A stretch of 64,000 nt of DNA from Nitrospinaceae bacterium (GTDB lineage Bacteria > Nitrospinota > Nitrospinia > Nitrospinales > Nitrospinaceae), in contig OZ245011.1 in NCBI GenBank assembly GCA_965223665.1, positions 4,064,001-4,128,000 on the forward strand. The letters run 5' to 3'. Numbering within the stretch: the stretch's first letter is position 1; every line of letters starts with the position of its first letter. The notes under the pieces are model-generated. The model did not search any database, was not told where the DNA came from, and worked only from the letters and a program-made list of their open reading frames with translations. A program made the translations under genes and the position numbers. Below are positions 31,063-41,956 of the stretch, piece after piece.

Positions 31063-31303
31063 GGGCTTTCATTTCTTAGCGTCCTGAGGTAGGTCGAACA
31101 TTAATTTTTCTAGGAAAAAATGATCTTAAGTCCCTTTTTTTTGAAGGGGTTATATGCTTTTCGGAAAGAATTTTTTTTAAGGGGAAGTTTGAGCAAAAAT
31201 AGAGTTGGAAATTAAAAAGCAAGTTAAAATTTTCAAAAAAGTGTAATCTTGACTAAAATATTGAACAAAATTCTTAAAAATTGGAAATTCTTGGGAAGAA
31301 ACA

Positions 31304-31462
31304 ATGATTGATGAAATTAACTATTTTCCGAAACGTGATAATTTTCAAAAAAAGAAAAATCTTAGTAAGGATTGGGATGACCTGAAAAAAATGAAAAATG
31401 ATCTAAACCCTAAGCCTAAAAAATCCAAAAAACCTGAAAAAAATCCTAATAAAGATCCATAA
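31304..31462 (+). CDS. putative small Lys-rich protein (52 aa)
   Basis: Read manually: MIDEINYFPKRDNFQKKKNLSKDWDDLKKMKNDLNPKPKKSKKPEKNPNKDP; purine-rich upstream (gggaagaa); below ORF-track cutoff. Confidence 0.35.
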   Translation: MIDEINYFPKRDNFQKKKNLSKDWDDLKKMKNDLNPKPKKSKKPEKNPNKDP

Positions 31463-31578
31463 ATTCCTGCCGGCTCCTATTTTTTTCAATTCTATGAAAA
31501 AAATTTTAATTTTAATTTGGCTCCAGAATCCACGTTGTTATATACTTCGATTTCAACCTTTAAACTAATAACCACTTT

Positions 31579-32886
31579 TTGAATAAATGGAGCCGTCCCA
31601 TGCGGTTTTTTTTAAATCGAGCACACTTTTTAATTAGAGTTTGTTTAATCTTTGTTTTTTTATTTTCTTTGTTTAATTTAAATCTTATTTCCATAGTAGA
31701 GGCTGATGATTGGGCTCGAAAAGGCAAATTTGCAATGCAATCTAAAAAGTATGTGGATGCTGAGACATTCTTTGCTAAGGCTTTGGAAACTGACTCTGAA
31801 AATCCACACCTTTTATATTCCCTTTCGCAAGCCAAAGTTCATCTGGGTAAAATATCTGAAGCTAAACCTTTGCTGGATAAAGTATTGGCGATGCCTGAGT
31901 CGAACGGAAGGGATGTAATCGTTTTTTATAAAGGCCAGTCAGAGGGGGAAGAAGCTGAGTTGGTGGATCAAATTGTTTTACCCCCGCAACGAACGAACAA
32001 CAATATGAGGAATTATGTTGATGTTCGAGGAAATGAACCTATTCCTCAATACCGGTTATTTTTTAAGAAAAAAGGGCAAATGGAATTGGTACCTCAAACT
32101 GCTGTCCGATTGCAATACAAGGGAGTTTTGGGAAGAGTTTATGCAGATGTTAAGACCTTGAGTGACTATGTTAATAAAAAATTGATCGCTGAGGCGGGTG
32201 CTAATGAATCGGTTGAAATGGCCTCTCTTCCGGGCGGATGTTTCATGATGGGTAGCGACAAAGGATCTCATGATGAAAGACCTGTTCATGAAGTGTGTTT
32301 GTCCCCTTTTAAGCTGGATAAATATGAAGTCACTCAATCTCAGTTCCAAGCGCGAATGGGATCTAATCCATCAGCTTATGTTGGTGGGAATTTACCAGTA
32401 GACAGTATTACCTGGGATGAAGCCAACCGCTATTGTAAGGCTGTGGGGAAACGACTTCCAACAGAGGCTGAATTGGAGTATGCCATACGTGGTGGAAAAG
32501 ATGATGTTTTTTACTGGGGAAATAAGGTTACAGGAAAAGAAGCTAACTTTTGTGACAAGGAATGTGACCTGAATATTCGAGTTGAGGGAGTAAGTGATGG
32601 CTATAAAACCACTGCACCTGTAGGTCAATTTCCACCTAACCCCTACGGACTTTACGATATCGTTGGTAATCTTGCTGAATGGGCATCCGACTGGATGGAC
32701 GAAAATTACTACCGCAATAGTCCTAAGGATAATCCACCTGGGTCTTATCCCTCAAGACACAAAGTCGCCAGAGGAGGAGCCTGGAACACAATCGCAGGAT
32801 ACATGAGGCCAACAAATCGTGCTTTTTTTGAGTTTGAAATGAGAATCCCTGGAGTGGGTTTCCGCTGTGCCTCGAGTTCTTTATAA
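31579..32886 (+). CDS. exported TPR plus FGE-sulfatase (SUMF1/EgtB/PvdO) domain protein
   Basis: Signal/TM, TPR pair, GGCFMMGS..DERPVH, YEVT, RLPTEAE, PNPYGLYD..GN..EW, RGGAW, GFRC. Confidence 0.88.
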   Translation: MNKWSRPMRFFLNRAHFLIRVCLIFVFLFSLFNLNLISIVEADDWARKGKFAMQSKKYVDAETFFAKALETDSENPHLLYSLSQAKVHLGKISEAKPLLDKVLAMPESNGRDVIVFYKGQSEGEEAELVDQIVLPPQRTNNNMRNYVDVRGNEPIPQYRLFFKKKGQMELVPQTAVRLQYKGVLGRVYADVKTLSDYVNKKLIAEAGANESVEMASLPGGCFMMGSDKGSHDERPVHEVCLSPFKLDKYEVTQSQFQARMGSNPSAYVGGNLPVDSITWDEANRYCKAVGKRLPTEAELEYAIRGGKDDVFYWGNKVTGKEANFCDKECDLNIRVEGVSDGYKTTAPVGQFPPNPYGLYDIVGNLAEWASDWMDENYYRNSPKDNPPGSYPSRHKVARGGAWNTIAGYMRPTNRAFFEFEMRIPGVGFRCASSSL

Positions 32887-32909
32887 TATATTCAACAATT
32901 ACAGCAATT

Positions 32910-32947
32910 AAAAAAGCCAACCCTTTTTAAAAAGGGTTGGCTTTTTA
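32910..32947. terminator. bidirectional intrinsic terminator
   Basis: aaaaagccaaccctttt-t-aaaaagggttggcttttt palindrome between convergent genes. Confidence 0.88.
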
Positions 32948-32973
32948 ACCATGGACCAATCAAAGACCATCTT

Positions 32974-34515
32974 TTATTGTTTCCCAAATTCCTCACGAAT
33001 TTGATTCTTTAAAACCTTACCCACAGCGTTTTTAGGCAATCCTTCTAAAAAATTAAATTTATCAGGAACCATAAAAGCGGGCAAATTTTCCCGACAATAT
33101 CCCTTAAGCGTGGTATTGTTCATTTTTGAATTATCTTTTAGGACAACACAAGCGATCACTTGTTCACCTAATCTTTCATGAGGAATACCCACAACTGCCG
33201 TTTCGACTATCTCCCCCTGGTTCATTAATACGTTTTCAATTGCCAGGGGAGAAATGTTTTCGCCAGCTCTAATGATCAAATCTTTTTTGCGCCCCGCTGA
33301 AATAAAGAGCCATCCTTTTTCATCGAAATGGCCTAAATCTCCCGTTTTGAACCACCCATCTTCTGTTAAAACCTGATCCGTTTCTTTGGGAAGTTTCCAA
33401 TATCCCGGCATAACGGTTTCTCCCTTTACCCAAATCTCACCGACTTCTCCTTGAGATTTTGCCAAACCTGTTTCGTCTACTATTTTGACTTCCAGGTTAG
33501 GAAGTACAGGGCCGACGGAACCAACTACGCTTCCATGTTCCATGGTATTTACCGAGATCACAGGGGAAGTTTCCGTTAGGCCATAACCTTCTAAAACTGT
33601 TACAGAAAACAGGTCTTCAACTTTTCTCAATAAGGCGTGGGGTAAAGCGGCTCCTCCTGATATGCAATACTTTAAAGAGGAAATATCAAAAGGCTGCCGA
33701 CTTTGAATTTGTGTCAAAAAAGAATAAATAGATGGAACCAGGGGGAGTAAGGTTGCTCGATGATTTTGAATTGCATCTAAAATAGATTTTGGCTGAAATT
33801 GTGGGAGAAGGATTAAAGTTCCTCCGGCTTTTAAAATTAATAAGGCAATTATATTTCCGAATGAATGAAAAAAAGGAAGGGCCATAATGGCTCGATCTTC
33901 TTTTTTAAATTGAAGCGGTGTTTCCAGCCCCATTAAATTTTTTAAAAACATTTCTTCGTTTAATATAACTCCTTTTGGTTTGGCTGTTGTTCCGGATGTA
34001 TACATGATCAAATCCGGTATGTTTTCATCTCTTTGATGAAAGTTTTTTGAGGGTGTTGGACTGGCACTTTCAATAAAATTCTGAAAAACATATGTATTGG
34101 TAGATATGGAATCTTGATCTGGTATGGCTTGGGTAAGGATCACATGTTTAAATTGATTGAGGAATGGAATAGTTTCTGGTTTTATAAATAATGAATTAAT
34201 TAATAAACAATCAACTTCAGCATTTTGAGAAATGTACTGAAGATTTTCATTATCTAGTAAAACATTAAATGGAATAATGGGGATCTTCTTATAAATAGCT
34301 GCCAAAAAAGCAATTAAATATTCTTTTTGGTTCAGACAGAAAATTCCCAATTTACTTTTGGGTGAAAGATTTAAGGATATTAAACCATTGGCAAACTTTT
34401 CTACTTGATCCAAAAGATCCGCATAAAATAAGGATTGATTGTTATCTATTATTGCAGGATGTTGAGGAGATTGTTTAGCATGATTTCGAATAATGGTATA
34501 GAAATCTGTAGACAT
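32974..34515 (-). CDS. long-chain fatty acid-CoA ligase (ANL family)
   Basis: MYTSGTTAKPKG, PFFHSFG, EGYGLTE, TGD, RKKDLIIR.GENI, PKNAVGK. Confidence 0.9.
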   Translation of the reverse strand: MSTDFYTIIRNHAKQSPQHPAIIDNNQSLFYADLLDQVEKFANGLISLNLSPKSKLGIFCLNQKEYLIAFLAAIYKKIPIIPFNVLLDNENLQYISQNAEVDCLLINSLFIKPETIPFLNQFKHVILTQAIPDQDSISTNTYVFQNFIESASPTPSKNFHQRDENIPDLIMYTSGTTAKPKGVILNEEMFLKNLMGLETPLQFKKEDRAIMALPFFHSFGNIIALLILKAGGTLILLPQFQPKSILDAIQNHRATLLPLVPSIYSFLTQIQSRQPFDISSLKYCISGGAALPHALLRKVEDLFSVTVLEGYGLTETSPVISVNTMEHGSVVGSVGPVLPNLEVKIVDETGLAKSQGEVGEIWVKGETVMPGYWKLPKETDQVLTEDGWFKTGDLGHFDEKGWLFISAGRKKDLIIRAGENISPLAIENVLMNQGEIVETAVVGIPHERLGEQVIACVVLKDNSKMNNTTLKGYCRENLPAFMVPDKFNFLEGLPKNAVGKVLKNQIREEFGKQ

Positions 34516-34729
34516 GATTTTCCAAGCTTCTTTTTCTATTAAATAAAAGACAATAAAAAATAGAATAAAACTTGCAAACAGTCAACCACCCACTTCAAAC
34601 ATGTAATAAATTTAATTTAAAATATTAGAAATGGTTTATTTGAGCGTGAAGCCAGTTTTCATTGTTTTGGCTTATTTATTGTAAGATAATGAATTACTAA
34701 TAAACTTTTATTTTGAGCCTCTTAGTAGA

Positions 34730-36076
34730 ATGAATTTCAGATTAAAAAATGGATTTTCCTTGTTCTCTGCCATAATTTTGGCTTTAACCTTGTTCGGTTG
34801 TTCTTCTGACGAAAAGGAGGAAAGCAAGAAAGCCAATCGTGAGTTGGCTTTGCCCGTTCAAGTTGGACGCGTAATTTTTAAGGATGTGGTGGATGAGGTT
34901 CGAACTGTAGGAAATTTGGTGGCTGAGCAACGCGTTGTCATCACCTCCGAAGTAGATGGAAAGGTAAAACAGATTCCAGTTGAGGAAGGTGATTCAGTAA
35001 AAAAAGGACAATTATTGACCCAAATTGATAGCCGTCAATATAAATTAGAAATTGAGCGACTTCGTGCGGATCGAATAAGCGCCCAAAAGGATTTAGAAAA
35101 AGCTCAAAAAGGGCTCCGACCAGAGGATAAGGAAAAGCTGGAAGCAAAAGTGAAGGCAGACCAAAGTTCGTTGGATTTGGCCCAAAAAGAATTCCATCGG
35201 ATTGAGCAATTGGTAAGAGATGGTGTGGTCTCTCAATCAAACCTGGATGAAGCTAATGATCGTGTGCTGAGGGCAAATGAAACTTTGCGATCCAGTCAAG
35301 CAGAACTGAACGCGGGTTCCAGTTCCAGAGAAGAAGACATTTTAAAAGCAAAATCTAATTTGGAGTCTGTCTCAAAGAAGTTAGCCTTAGCGGAATTGAA
35401 TTTATCCAAAACAAGAATTGAGGCACCTTTTGATGGAGTGATAATTTCTAAAAGGATAGAAGTGGGTGCTTATGCTGGATCAGGTTCAGCGGTAATAGAG
35501 ATGATTAGCTCTTCACGGTTAAAGGTTGTAGTGGAGATTCCACAAAGATATCGAGGGAAATTAAATAAGCTCAGTGAAATAGAGTTTTTTGTTCCGGAGC
35601 TAAATCTAAAATTTTTGATTAATAAACAATTAAATCAAAAAGTGCGAGTGATTCCAGATGCGAATATTTACTCAGGAAATATTAAAGTCCAGGTAGATTT
35701 GCCAAATCCGGATAAGGCACTCTTCCCCGGATTAACTTTAGAAGGAACTTTTCGGTTTGAATCTCGAAAAAACCTTAAACATGTACCTTCGATTTCTCTT
35801 GTAATAAGTGAAAAAGGAACCGTGGTTTACACAGTTAAAGAAGACAGAGCTCAATTGGTTCCGGTTAAAGCATATAACGAACGTGACAATCTTGTTGAAA
35901 TCGAGGATTTCACTCACCAATTGACACCTAAAACAGATTTAATTCTTCGGGGATCGGGGGCTGTTTTTCCTGGAGTAAAAGTCATAGTAACTAACAGAGA
36001 ACCCAAAGCAAAAGCTCCATTCAATTCTGCAAATAAAGGTAAATCTGAGCCACCAGAAGATAAGCCTGAAATCTGA
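34730..36076 (+). CDS. RND efflux periplasmic adaptor (lipoprotein)
   Basis: Lipobox LFGC, lipoyl halves (VEEGD.VKKGQLL; I.APFDGVI), long coiled coil. Confidence 0.92.
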   Translation: MNFRLKNGFSLFSAIILALTLFGCSSDEKEESKKANRELALPVQVGRVIFKDVVDEVRTVGNLVAEQRVVITSEVDGKVKQIPVEEGDSVKKGQLLTQIDSRQYKLEIERLRADRISAQKDLEKAQKGLRPEDKEKLEAKVKADQSSLDLAQKEFHRIEQLVRDGVVSQSNLDEANDRVLRANETLRSSQAELNAGSSSREEDILKAKSNLESVSKKLALAELNLSKTRIEAPFDGVIISKRIEVGAYAGSGSAVIEMISSSRLKVVVEIPQRYRGKLNKLSEIEFFVPELNLKFLINKQLNQKVRVIPDANIYSGNIKVQVDLPNPDKALFPGLTLEGTFRFESRKNLKHVPSISLVISEKGTVVYTVKEDRAQLVPVKAYNERDNLVEIEDFTHQLTPKTDLILRGSGAVFPGVKVIVTNREPKAKAPFNSANKGKSEPPEDKPEI

Positions 36077-39000
36077 TGAAACTTGTTGATCACTCTATTC
36101 GAAATTATCACACAGTTGTCGTTACAATCGTACTTCTGGTGGTGATTGGCATTATTTGTTATAACACCTTACCTCGTCAGCTCACTCCCACGGTAGATAA
36201 ACCTCTTATTGAAGTTACCACAGAGTACCGCGGTCTTTCACCCAATGAAGTAGAGCGAAATATAACTAGACGCTTGGAAGATCAATTAGAATCTGTTGAA
36301 GGTCTAAAAAAAATGATTTCCAGGAGCCAGCACGGAAAAAGTGTGATTACTCTGGAATTTGAGTGGGGAACAGATAAAAAAATTGCCACTATTGATGTCA
36401 ATAATAAGCTTCAACAAGTTAAAGACCTTCCTGTTTTAGCAGATAAACCTGTTCTTAAATCTGTATCCACTGACAATTCCAACCCAATAATGTGGGTAAT
36501 TGTGGAAAAACCAAATCCAAAAATGCCGGATTTGGACCAAAACTATATGTATAAAATCGGTGAGGATATTATTCTTCCCATTCTTAATCGGGTGGAAGGG
36601 GTTTCCATTGTATGGCACTTTGGCGGAGAAGATCGGGAAATGCGCGTTGAATTTGATCCCTATGCAATGGCGCGTCTTCATCTCACTTATGATGAGGTCA
36701 TTAAAAAGCTTTCAGGTGAAAATCAAAATACACGAGCGGGTTTTCACGAAGAAAATAAGCGAGAATATACCGTTCGTACGTTAGGAGAATTTACCGGTCC
36801 TCAGGATATCCTGGATACGGTTATTAAGAGAGATGGTGATAAAACTATCCGTGTAAAGGATTTTGCGACTGTAGATAATGGGTATCAACGTACAACTTCA
36901 ATTGTAAAAATCAATGGAAGAATATCTAATGCTTTTGGAATTATTAGAGAATCCGGTGCAAATGTGGTCAGCACCTGTAATTTGGCAACGGAAGCTGTAA
37001 ACAAGCTTAACAATGAATTGCTTAACCGTGGAATTCCTATGCAGTTAAAAATTGTTTACAAAGATGTCGACTACATAGATGAAGCTATGCATTTAGTGAA
37101 ATCTAATTTGGCACTCGGTGCCATATTGGCAGTTGTGGTTTTACTATTATTTCTAGGATCCTTGCGTTCCGTATTGATAATTGGAGTTACCATTCCCGTA
37201 AGTCTGATCTCCGTTTTTATAATTTTAAAACTACTGGATCGGACCATAAATATTATTTCTTTGGCAGGAATGGCATTTGCGGTAGGAATGGTTGTTGATA
37301 ACTCAATTGTTGTGCTGGAAAATATTTTTCGGCACTTAACTATGAAAAAAGGTGTTTTCAAAGCAGCCTATGATGGAGCAGTTGAAGTTTGGGGAGCAAT
37401 ACTTTCATCAACACTTACAACATTAGCTGTTTTTCTGCCCATTGTTTTTATTCAAGAGGAGGCAGGTCAATTATTCCGCGATATTGCGATAACCATCAGT
37501 GCAAGTATTGCTATGTCTCTTTTGGTTTCCATTACCGCTATTCCAACATTAACCACATTGCTGATTCGATTGCGTCCTGGAGAAGAGTATGATCCGGGAA
37601 TTTTACATAAAACCATACTAAAGCCTGCCGTGGCCATTGGGAGAGGTGTGGCCCGAAGCTACGATAAAACCATGCGAAAGTTGTTAGGGGGTGGTGCAGG
37701 GCATGCCAGTATTAAGGTTTTGGTAGTAGGCGGAATTGCGGCACTATTAGTGTGGAGTATAAGTTTCCTTCCTGATCGAGATTATCTTCCGTTTGGTAAC
37801 AGTAATATGGTTTTTATGTTTATTGAACCGGTAGCAGGAGTTCCTGTTCACCAAAACATGAAATATTTAAGCGAATTTGAAAATGAAGTAATCCAAATGG
37901 AGGATGTGGATAATAACTTTCTCGTCTTTTCTACGGGTTTTAATGGAGGTGGCATGATCATAAACCCTGAATTGGCCAGAGGTCAACGCGGAGAAGTTAA
38001 AATGGCAGTTGAATCTCAAAGGGCAGGGGGAAAAATTTTTACCATTCCGGGTTATCGATTTGCATTCGCTTCTCAAAGACCAATTTTTAGATCTGCTTCA
38101 AAAACTTTTGATTTAGAAATAATAGGTCCAGATATATTGGAATTGAAACGTATTGCGTTAGAGTTAATCAGTAAAATATCACAAACGGAAGGGGTTCACT
38201 CCGTTCGTCCTGAGTTTAAATTTGGAAATCCCGAGCTTCGTTTTATTCCAAAAAGAGTACAGAGTACCCGTATAAAAATGGGTGTGCCGGAAATCGGAGA
38301 TATTATTGAATCCTTAAATGCTGGAAAATATTTAGGGGAATTCAATGACCGGGGAGAACCTATCGATTTTGTTTTGGTTCAAAAGGACTTTGAAAAGTTG
38401 AGTTTGGATGATTATAAAGATCTCCCTATCTGGACGGATGAAGGATTGATGACGAATTTGGGGCATTTGGTAAATTTAGAAATAGCTTCAGGGCCGGCAA
38501 GAATTGATCATATCGAAAAAGAACGGTCTACAAAATTGTTGGTGCAAGTTAAAAAAGATTTTCCTATGCAAAAAGTTATTGATCGCGTGGAAAAGGAATT
38601 TCTTGTTCCTGTGAGAAGAAACTTATCTGAAGAATATGGGTTGCGAATAGGAGGCACGGCAGATGACTTGGCTTCTACTGAAAAATCATTGCTCAATAGT
38701 TTTTATTATGCCGTGGGTTTTATTTATTTGCTTTTGGTTGCATTGTTTAAATCTTTTACCCGACCATTTATTGTTATGCTAACTGTAGCCCTAGCAGTGT
38801 CGGGATCCTTTTTAGGAATTGCTGGAAATAATCTGCTTCAACGGTTTTATATTCGTAGTAACCTTGAAGAAATGGGAGTCCCCGATCCATCTGGTATGGC
38901 TGCGGGATGGAATTGGATTACCTTTGATATCCTAACTCAGTTAGGGATTATCATATTAGCAGGAATCGTTGTAAACAATGCCATATTGATAGTCCATCAA

Positions 39001-39339
39001 ATGCTTAATAATGTCAAAGCGGGTTTGGATGAACGGGAAGCTTTGATTCAATCTTGCGAATCGCGTTTGCGTCCCATCATGATGACGGTTATATCTTCTA
39101 TCTTTGGAATGGTTCCCTTAGCATTTGGTGAAGGCGCGGGGACTGAACTTTATCGAGGTATGGGAACCGCGCTTATTGGTGGTTTAGCTTTTAGTGCATT
39201 GTTCACCTTGTTTTTGGTTCCGGTTTTGATTTCTTTAATGACTGATCTTGGAATTCACACTCGAAAAGAAGAGTTGATAAAGCAATCACTGGAGGATGAA
39301 AACCCAACTCCTCCACCCAGTTCAAGTATTCCAGCATGA
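36076..39339 (+). CDS. RND efflux permease (AcrB/AcrD/AcrF family)
   Basis: 1087 aa, VGMVVDNSIVVLENI, GIVVNNAIL, RLRPIMMT; TGATG coupling to the adaptor gene. Confidence 0.95.
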   Translation: MKLVDHSIRNYHTVVVTIVLLVVIGIICYNTLPRQLTPTVDKPLIEVTTEYRGLSPNEVERNITRRLEDQLESVEGLKKMISRSQHGKSVITLEFEWGTDKKIATIDVNNKLQQVKDLPVLADKPVLKSVSTDNSNPIMWVIVEKPNPKMPDLDQNYMYKIGEDIILPILNRVEGVSIVWHFGGEDREMRVEFDPYAMARLHLTYDEVIKKLSGENQNTRAGFHEENKREYTVRTLGEFTGPQDILDTVIKRDGDKTIRVKDFATVDNGYQRTTSIVKINGRISNAFGIIRESGANVVSTCNLATEAVNKLNNELLNRGIPMQLKIVYKDVDYIDEAMHLVKSNLALGAILAVVVLLLFLGSLRSVLIIGVTIPVSLISVFIILKLLDRTINIISLAGMAFAVGMVVDNSIVVLENIFRHLTMKKGVFKAAYDGAVEVWGAILSSTLTTLAVFLPIVFIQEEAGQLFRDIAITISASIAMSLLVSITAIPTLTTLLIRLRPGEEYDPGILHKTILKPAVAIGRGVARSYDKTMRKLLGGGAGHASIKVLVVGGIAALLVWSISFLPDRDYLPFGNSNMVFMFIEPVAGVPVHQNMKYLSEFENEVIQMEDVDNNFLVFSTGFNGGGMIINPELARGQRGEVKMAVESQRAGGKIFTIPGYRFAFASQRPIFRSASKTFDLEIIGPDILELKRIALELISKISQTEGVHSVRPEFKFGNPELRFIPKRVQSTRIKMGVPEIGDIIESLNAGKYLGEFNDRGEPIDFVLVQKDFEKLSLDDYKDLPIWTDEGLMTNLGHLVNLEIASGPARIDHIEKERSTKLLVQVKKDFPMQKVIDRVEKEFLVPVRRNLSEEYGLRIGGTADDLASTEKSLLNSFYYAVGFIYLLLVALFKSFTRPFIVMLTVALAVSGSFLGIAGNNLLQRFYIRSNLEEMGVPDPSGMAAGWNWITFDILTQLGIIILAGIVVNNAILIVHQMLNNVKAGLDEREALIQSCESRLRPIMMTVISSIFGMVPLAFGEGAGTELYRGMGTALIGGLAFSALFTLFLVPVLISLMTDLGIHTRKEELIKQSLEDENPTPPPSSSIPA

Positions 39340-39362
39340 TAGCTAAGGTATTTTGAAATTTT

Positions 39363-40055
39363 TTAAGAGGAATATTTTTCTTTAATTTCTAATAATTTTT
39401 CTTGTTGATATTTGGGTGTCACGATACCACAGGAAATAATAAATTTAATTCCTTCTTCAACCGTCATGCTCAGTTCGGTTACTTCATTTAGAGGGGCAAA
39501 AATTAAAAAACCGGAGGTAGGATTGGGTGTAGTTGGAACAAAAACATTAACTACATTTTCTTCGGTTAAAGCTTGAACTTCTCCTCGGTTTTCTGTTGTT
39601 ATAAATCCCATGGAATATAATCCTTTTCGTGGAAATTCCAGGATAACTACTTTTCGGAAAGCTTTTGTGTCTGCATTGGCGATGGTGGTTACAATTTGTT
39701 TTACTCCGGTATAAATATTTCTTACCAATGGAATTCGATCTACAATCATTTCTCCTAATTGCACCAGCTTTGAACCCAAGAAACTTCTTGTTAAAACTCC
39801 AAAAAGAAAAATAAAAATGATGGTCATAATGACCCCTAATCCTGGGATTTTATACTTCTCTGGGTCAGGTATCGGAATACCTGCCCACTCAGGGACACGA
39901 GCCCAAATTAGAAGTTTAGTTACCATCGGAGATAGCCAGTTATCCAGGGTCTTAAAAAGAAAATTTAGAATAAAAATGGTAAAGGCGATTGGCAGGGTGA
40001 TTAGGAGCCCTGTAATAAAAATATTACGAATTCGACGCTTAAATGAAGTAAACAC
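39363..40055 (-). CDS. DUF502 family protein
   Basis: FITGLL..LP, RIPLVR.IY, EFPRKG, VFVPTTPNPTSGF. Confidence 0.92.
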   Translation of the reverse strand: MFTSFKRRIRNIFITGLLITLPIAFTIFILNFLFKTLDNWLSPMVTKLLIWARVPEWAGIPIPDPEKYKIPGLGVIMTIIFIFLFGVLTRSFLGSKLVQLGEMIVDRIPLVRNIYTGVKQIVTTIANADTKAFRKVVILEFPRKGLYSMGFITTENRGEVQALTEENVVNVFVPTTPNPTSGFLIFAPLNEVTELSMTVEEGIKFIISCGIVTPKYQQEKLLEIKEKYSS

Positions 40056-40260
40056 AAGGGTGGGTATGAAATAGGATTAAAGTTAAAAAGAGTCAAAGCT
40101 CCTGGAAAAACAAACAAAATAAAATCGAATTTTGCTTATTTCCCATTATATTAAGGAAATAAAACTAAGGCAAGGAAGAAGGAAAAGTCTACCTATGGTT
40201 CCGAATTCCATTTTAATGAATGGTTAAATTTGTTAATATTTAAGGATTATAAGTGTTTAC

Positions 40261-40333
<73 letters not shown>

Positions 40334-40344
40334 CTTTCTATTTT

Positions 40345-40379
40345 AAAAGGGGTCAGTTCTTATGAACTGACCCCTTTTT
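40345..40379 (+). terminator. intrinsic terminator after tRNA
   Basis: aaaaggggtcagttc-ttat-gaactgaccccttttt. Confidence 0.9.
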
Positions 40380-40721
40380 ATTGGAAAAAAATCGTTGAAC
40401 GATTGGTTTTGATCTCCAGTGGAGCTTTGAAATATACCGAATTTAGGATCAGTTTTTGTTGCCTATAATGGCGTGATTTTATAATGGTATTTAACTTGGT
40501 CATTAATTGGGAAAAACGGTGTACCAGGTTCGTATTTTTCGAATTATTAGTTTGGTAAAAGGAAATCAACCAAATTAATTGCATTTTGCTTTTTGGAATT
40601 TATGAAAAATTTTTTATAATGCTTCCTCCAATTAAAAGATGGGTGCCCGCTTCATTTGAAACGGTTCGTCCGAATATGAATAAATTCTAAATTTCATGAA
40701 TTGAATGGAAAGAAAATTACC

Positions 40722-41441
40722 ATGAACTACGTTTACCGATTTGTAATTGCCCTAATTGCTCCATTCCTCTTAGTCTCTATCGCCTCCGCTGATGAAAGTG
40801 GTGCTTATAGTATGAATAACGATTGGCAATCCTGTAGTACTTCCGGAATTGTTGATTCTAAGATCTTTCCCAATTGTACAACTTACTCTGGGATTGAGAA
40901 GGATTTTAAATCCTGTGAAAATCCACCTAAAACAATTTATTTTGCACGGCATGCGGAGAAACGATTTAGAGATATCGAGGGAAAAAATAATGCTCCAATG
41001 TATATTCTAAGCAGGACTGGCCAGAGGATGGCGCAGCACCTGGCAAAAGTCTTTGAGTCCACACCCGTAAAAGTAATTTATACCAGTGATTATACCCGGA
41101 CCCGGCAGACTGCATGCCCGCTGATGCTGAGCAAAGGTTTAGACCGTCAGATTATTTGCAAACTGGAAACCAAAAGTGATCGGTTTCTTCAGGGTGGGCT
41201 CTGCAAATCACACAAAAATGAGGTGGCTGTGGTAATCGGGCATGCTGATACGGTAGATGAAATGCTCATCAATTTGAAAGCCATTGGGCCTCGGGATGGA
41301 TTCAAGGTAAAACTTGGAGAACTCTATAAAGTTACCTTCCAGGATGGGAAAGCAATATTACAACAACCCGCAATTCGTTACTGGAATTGTGATGCTTCCG
41401 AATGTCATAAAAATGGGGCTTTGGATGTAAAACTGGATTAA
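40722..41441 (+). CDS. secreted histidine phosphatase superfamily protein
   Basis: Signal peptide ending ASA, IYFARHAEK, YTS...RTRQTA, VIGH; 8 Cys; start placed at ATG 40722 (track 40701). Confidence 0.8.
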   Translation: MNYVYRFVIALIAPFLLVSIASADESGAYSMNNDWQSCSTSGIVDSKIFPNCTTYSGIEKDFKSCENPPKTIYFARHAEKRFRDIEGKNNAPMYILSRTGQRMAQHLAKVFESTPVKVIYTSDYTRTRQTACPLMLSKGLDRQIICKLETKSDRFLQGGLCKSHKNEVAVVIGHADTVDEMLINLKAIGPRDGFKVKLGELYKVTFQDGKAILQQPAIRYWNCDASECHKNGALDVKLD

Positions 41442-41564
41442 TTGTTTTTGTTGAAAATACGTATTCGCTTTCTCCCCTCAAGAACTTAACTTAAGATCTG
41501 TATCAGTTAATAGTATTGGTTTTTGTTTGAGGTTAAACTCCTCCCAGATCCGAATAATTTTTAT

Positions 41565-41590
41565 AAGGGTTACGTCAATTACGTAGCCTT
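41565..41590. repeat. imperfect palindrome related to 42381..42412
   Basis: aagggttacg-tcaatta-cgtagcctt. Confidence 0.6.
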
Positions 41591-41956
41591 AATTGTTTGT
41601 AGAGAAATCGATCAATTTATCGTTTTTAATCTAGATTGCCATTAAATTGTTAAGAATTAAATATTACCCATATTGATGCACTTTTTTGGGTCAGTATTTA
41701 GGGATATACAAAGTGGTATAAATTAGGCCTTGGATTTTCTTCGGGTCGGCTCCCTTCCATATATTTTCATAAATAAAAGACAATTCTTAATCTCAAATTT
41801 AGTTTAATTAAATTAAGCTATTCCTCAAATAATATAAAATATCTTAATCGTTTGGCATGCTTCTAAACTAACAGTTAACGGGCAACAGTAGTTTGAACCG
41901 TTTTATTAACCTAAATCACCTGCTTCGGATGATTACCGTAATCAAGGAGGCTAGTC

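Noticed and set aside
32760-32886. FGE/CLec C-terminus as a diversity-generating retroelement variable region
   Set aside because: No template-repeat copy and no reverse transcriptase seen in the window
34730-39339. RND pair without an outer-membrane factor
   Set aside because: Common; TolC-like genes are often unlinked
40378-40584. 68-aa minus-strand ORF after the tRNA
   Set aside because: No RBS or recognisable motif; plausible by chance in AT-rich DNA
41850-41956. Riboswitch in the leader of the 86-aa gene (short stems aacgg/ccgtt and gattac/gtaatc next to the RBS)
   Set aside because: No match to a riboswitch consensus I recognise; an Infernal/Rfam scan would be needed
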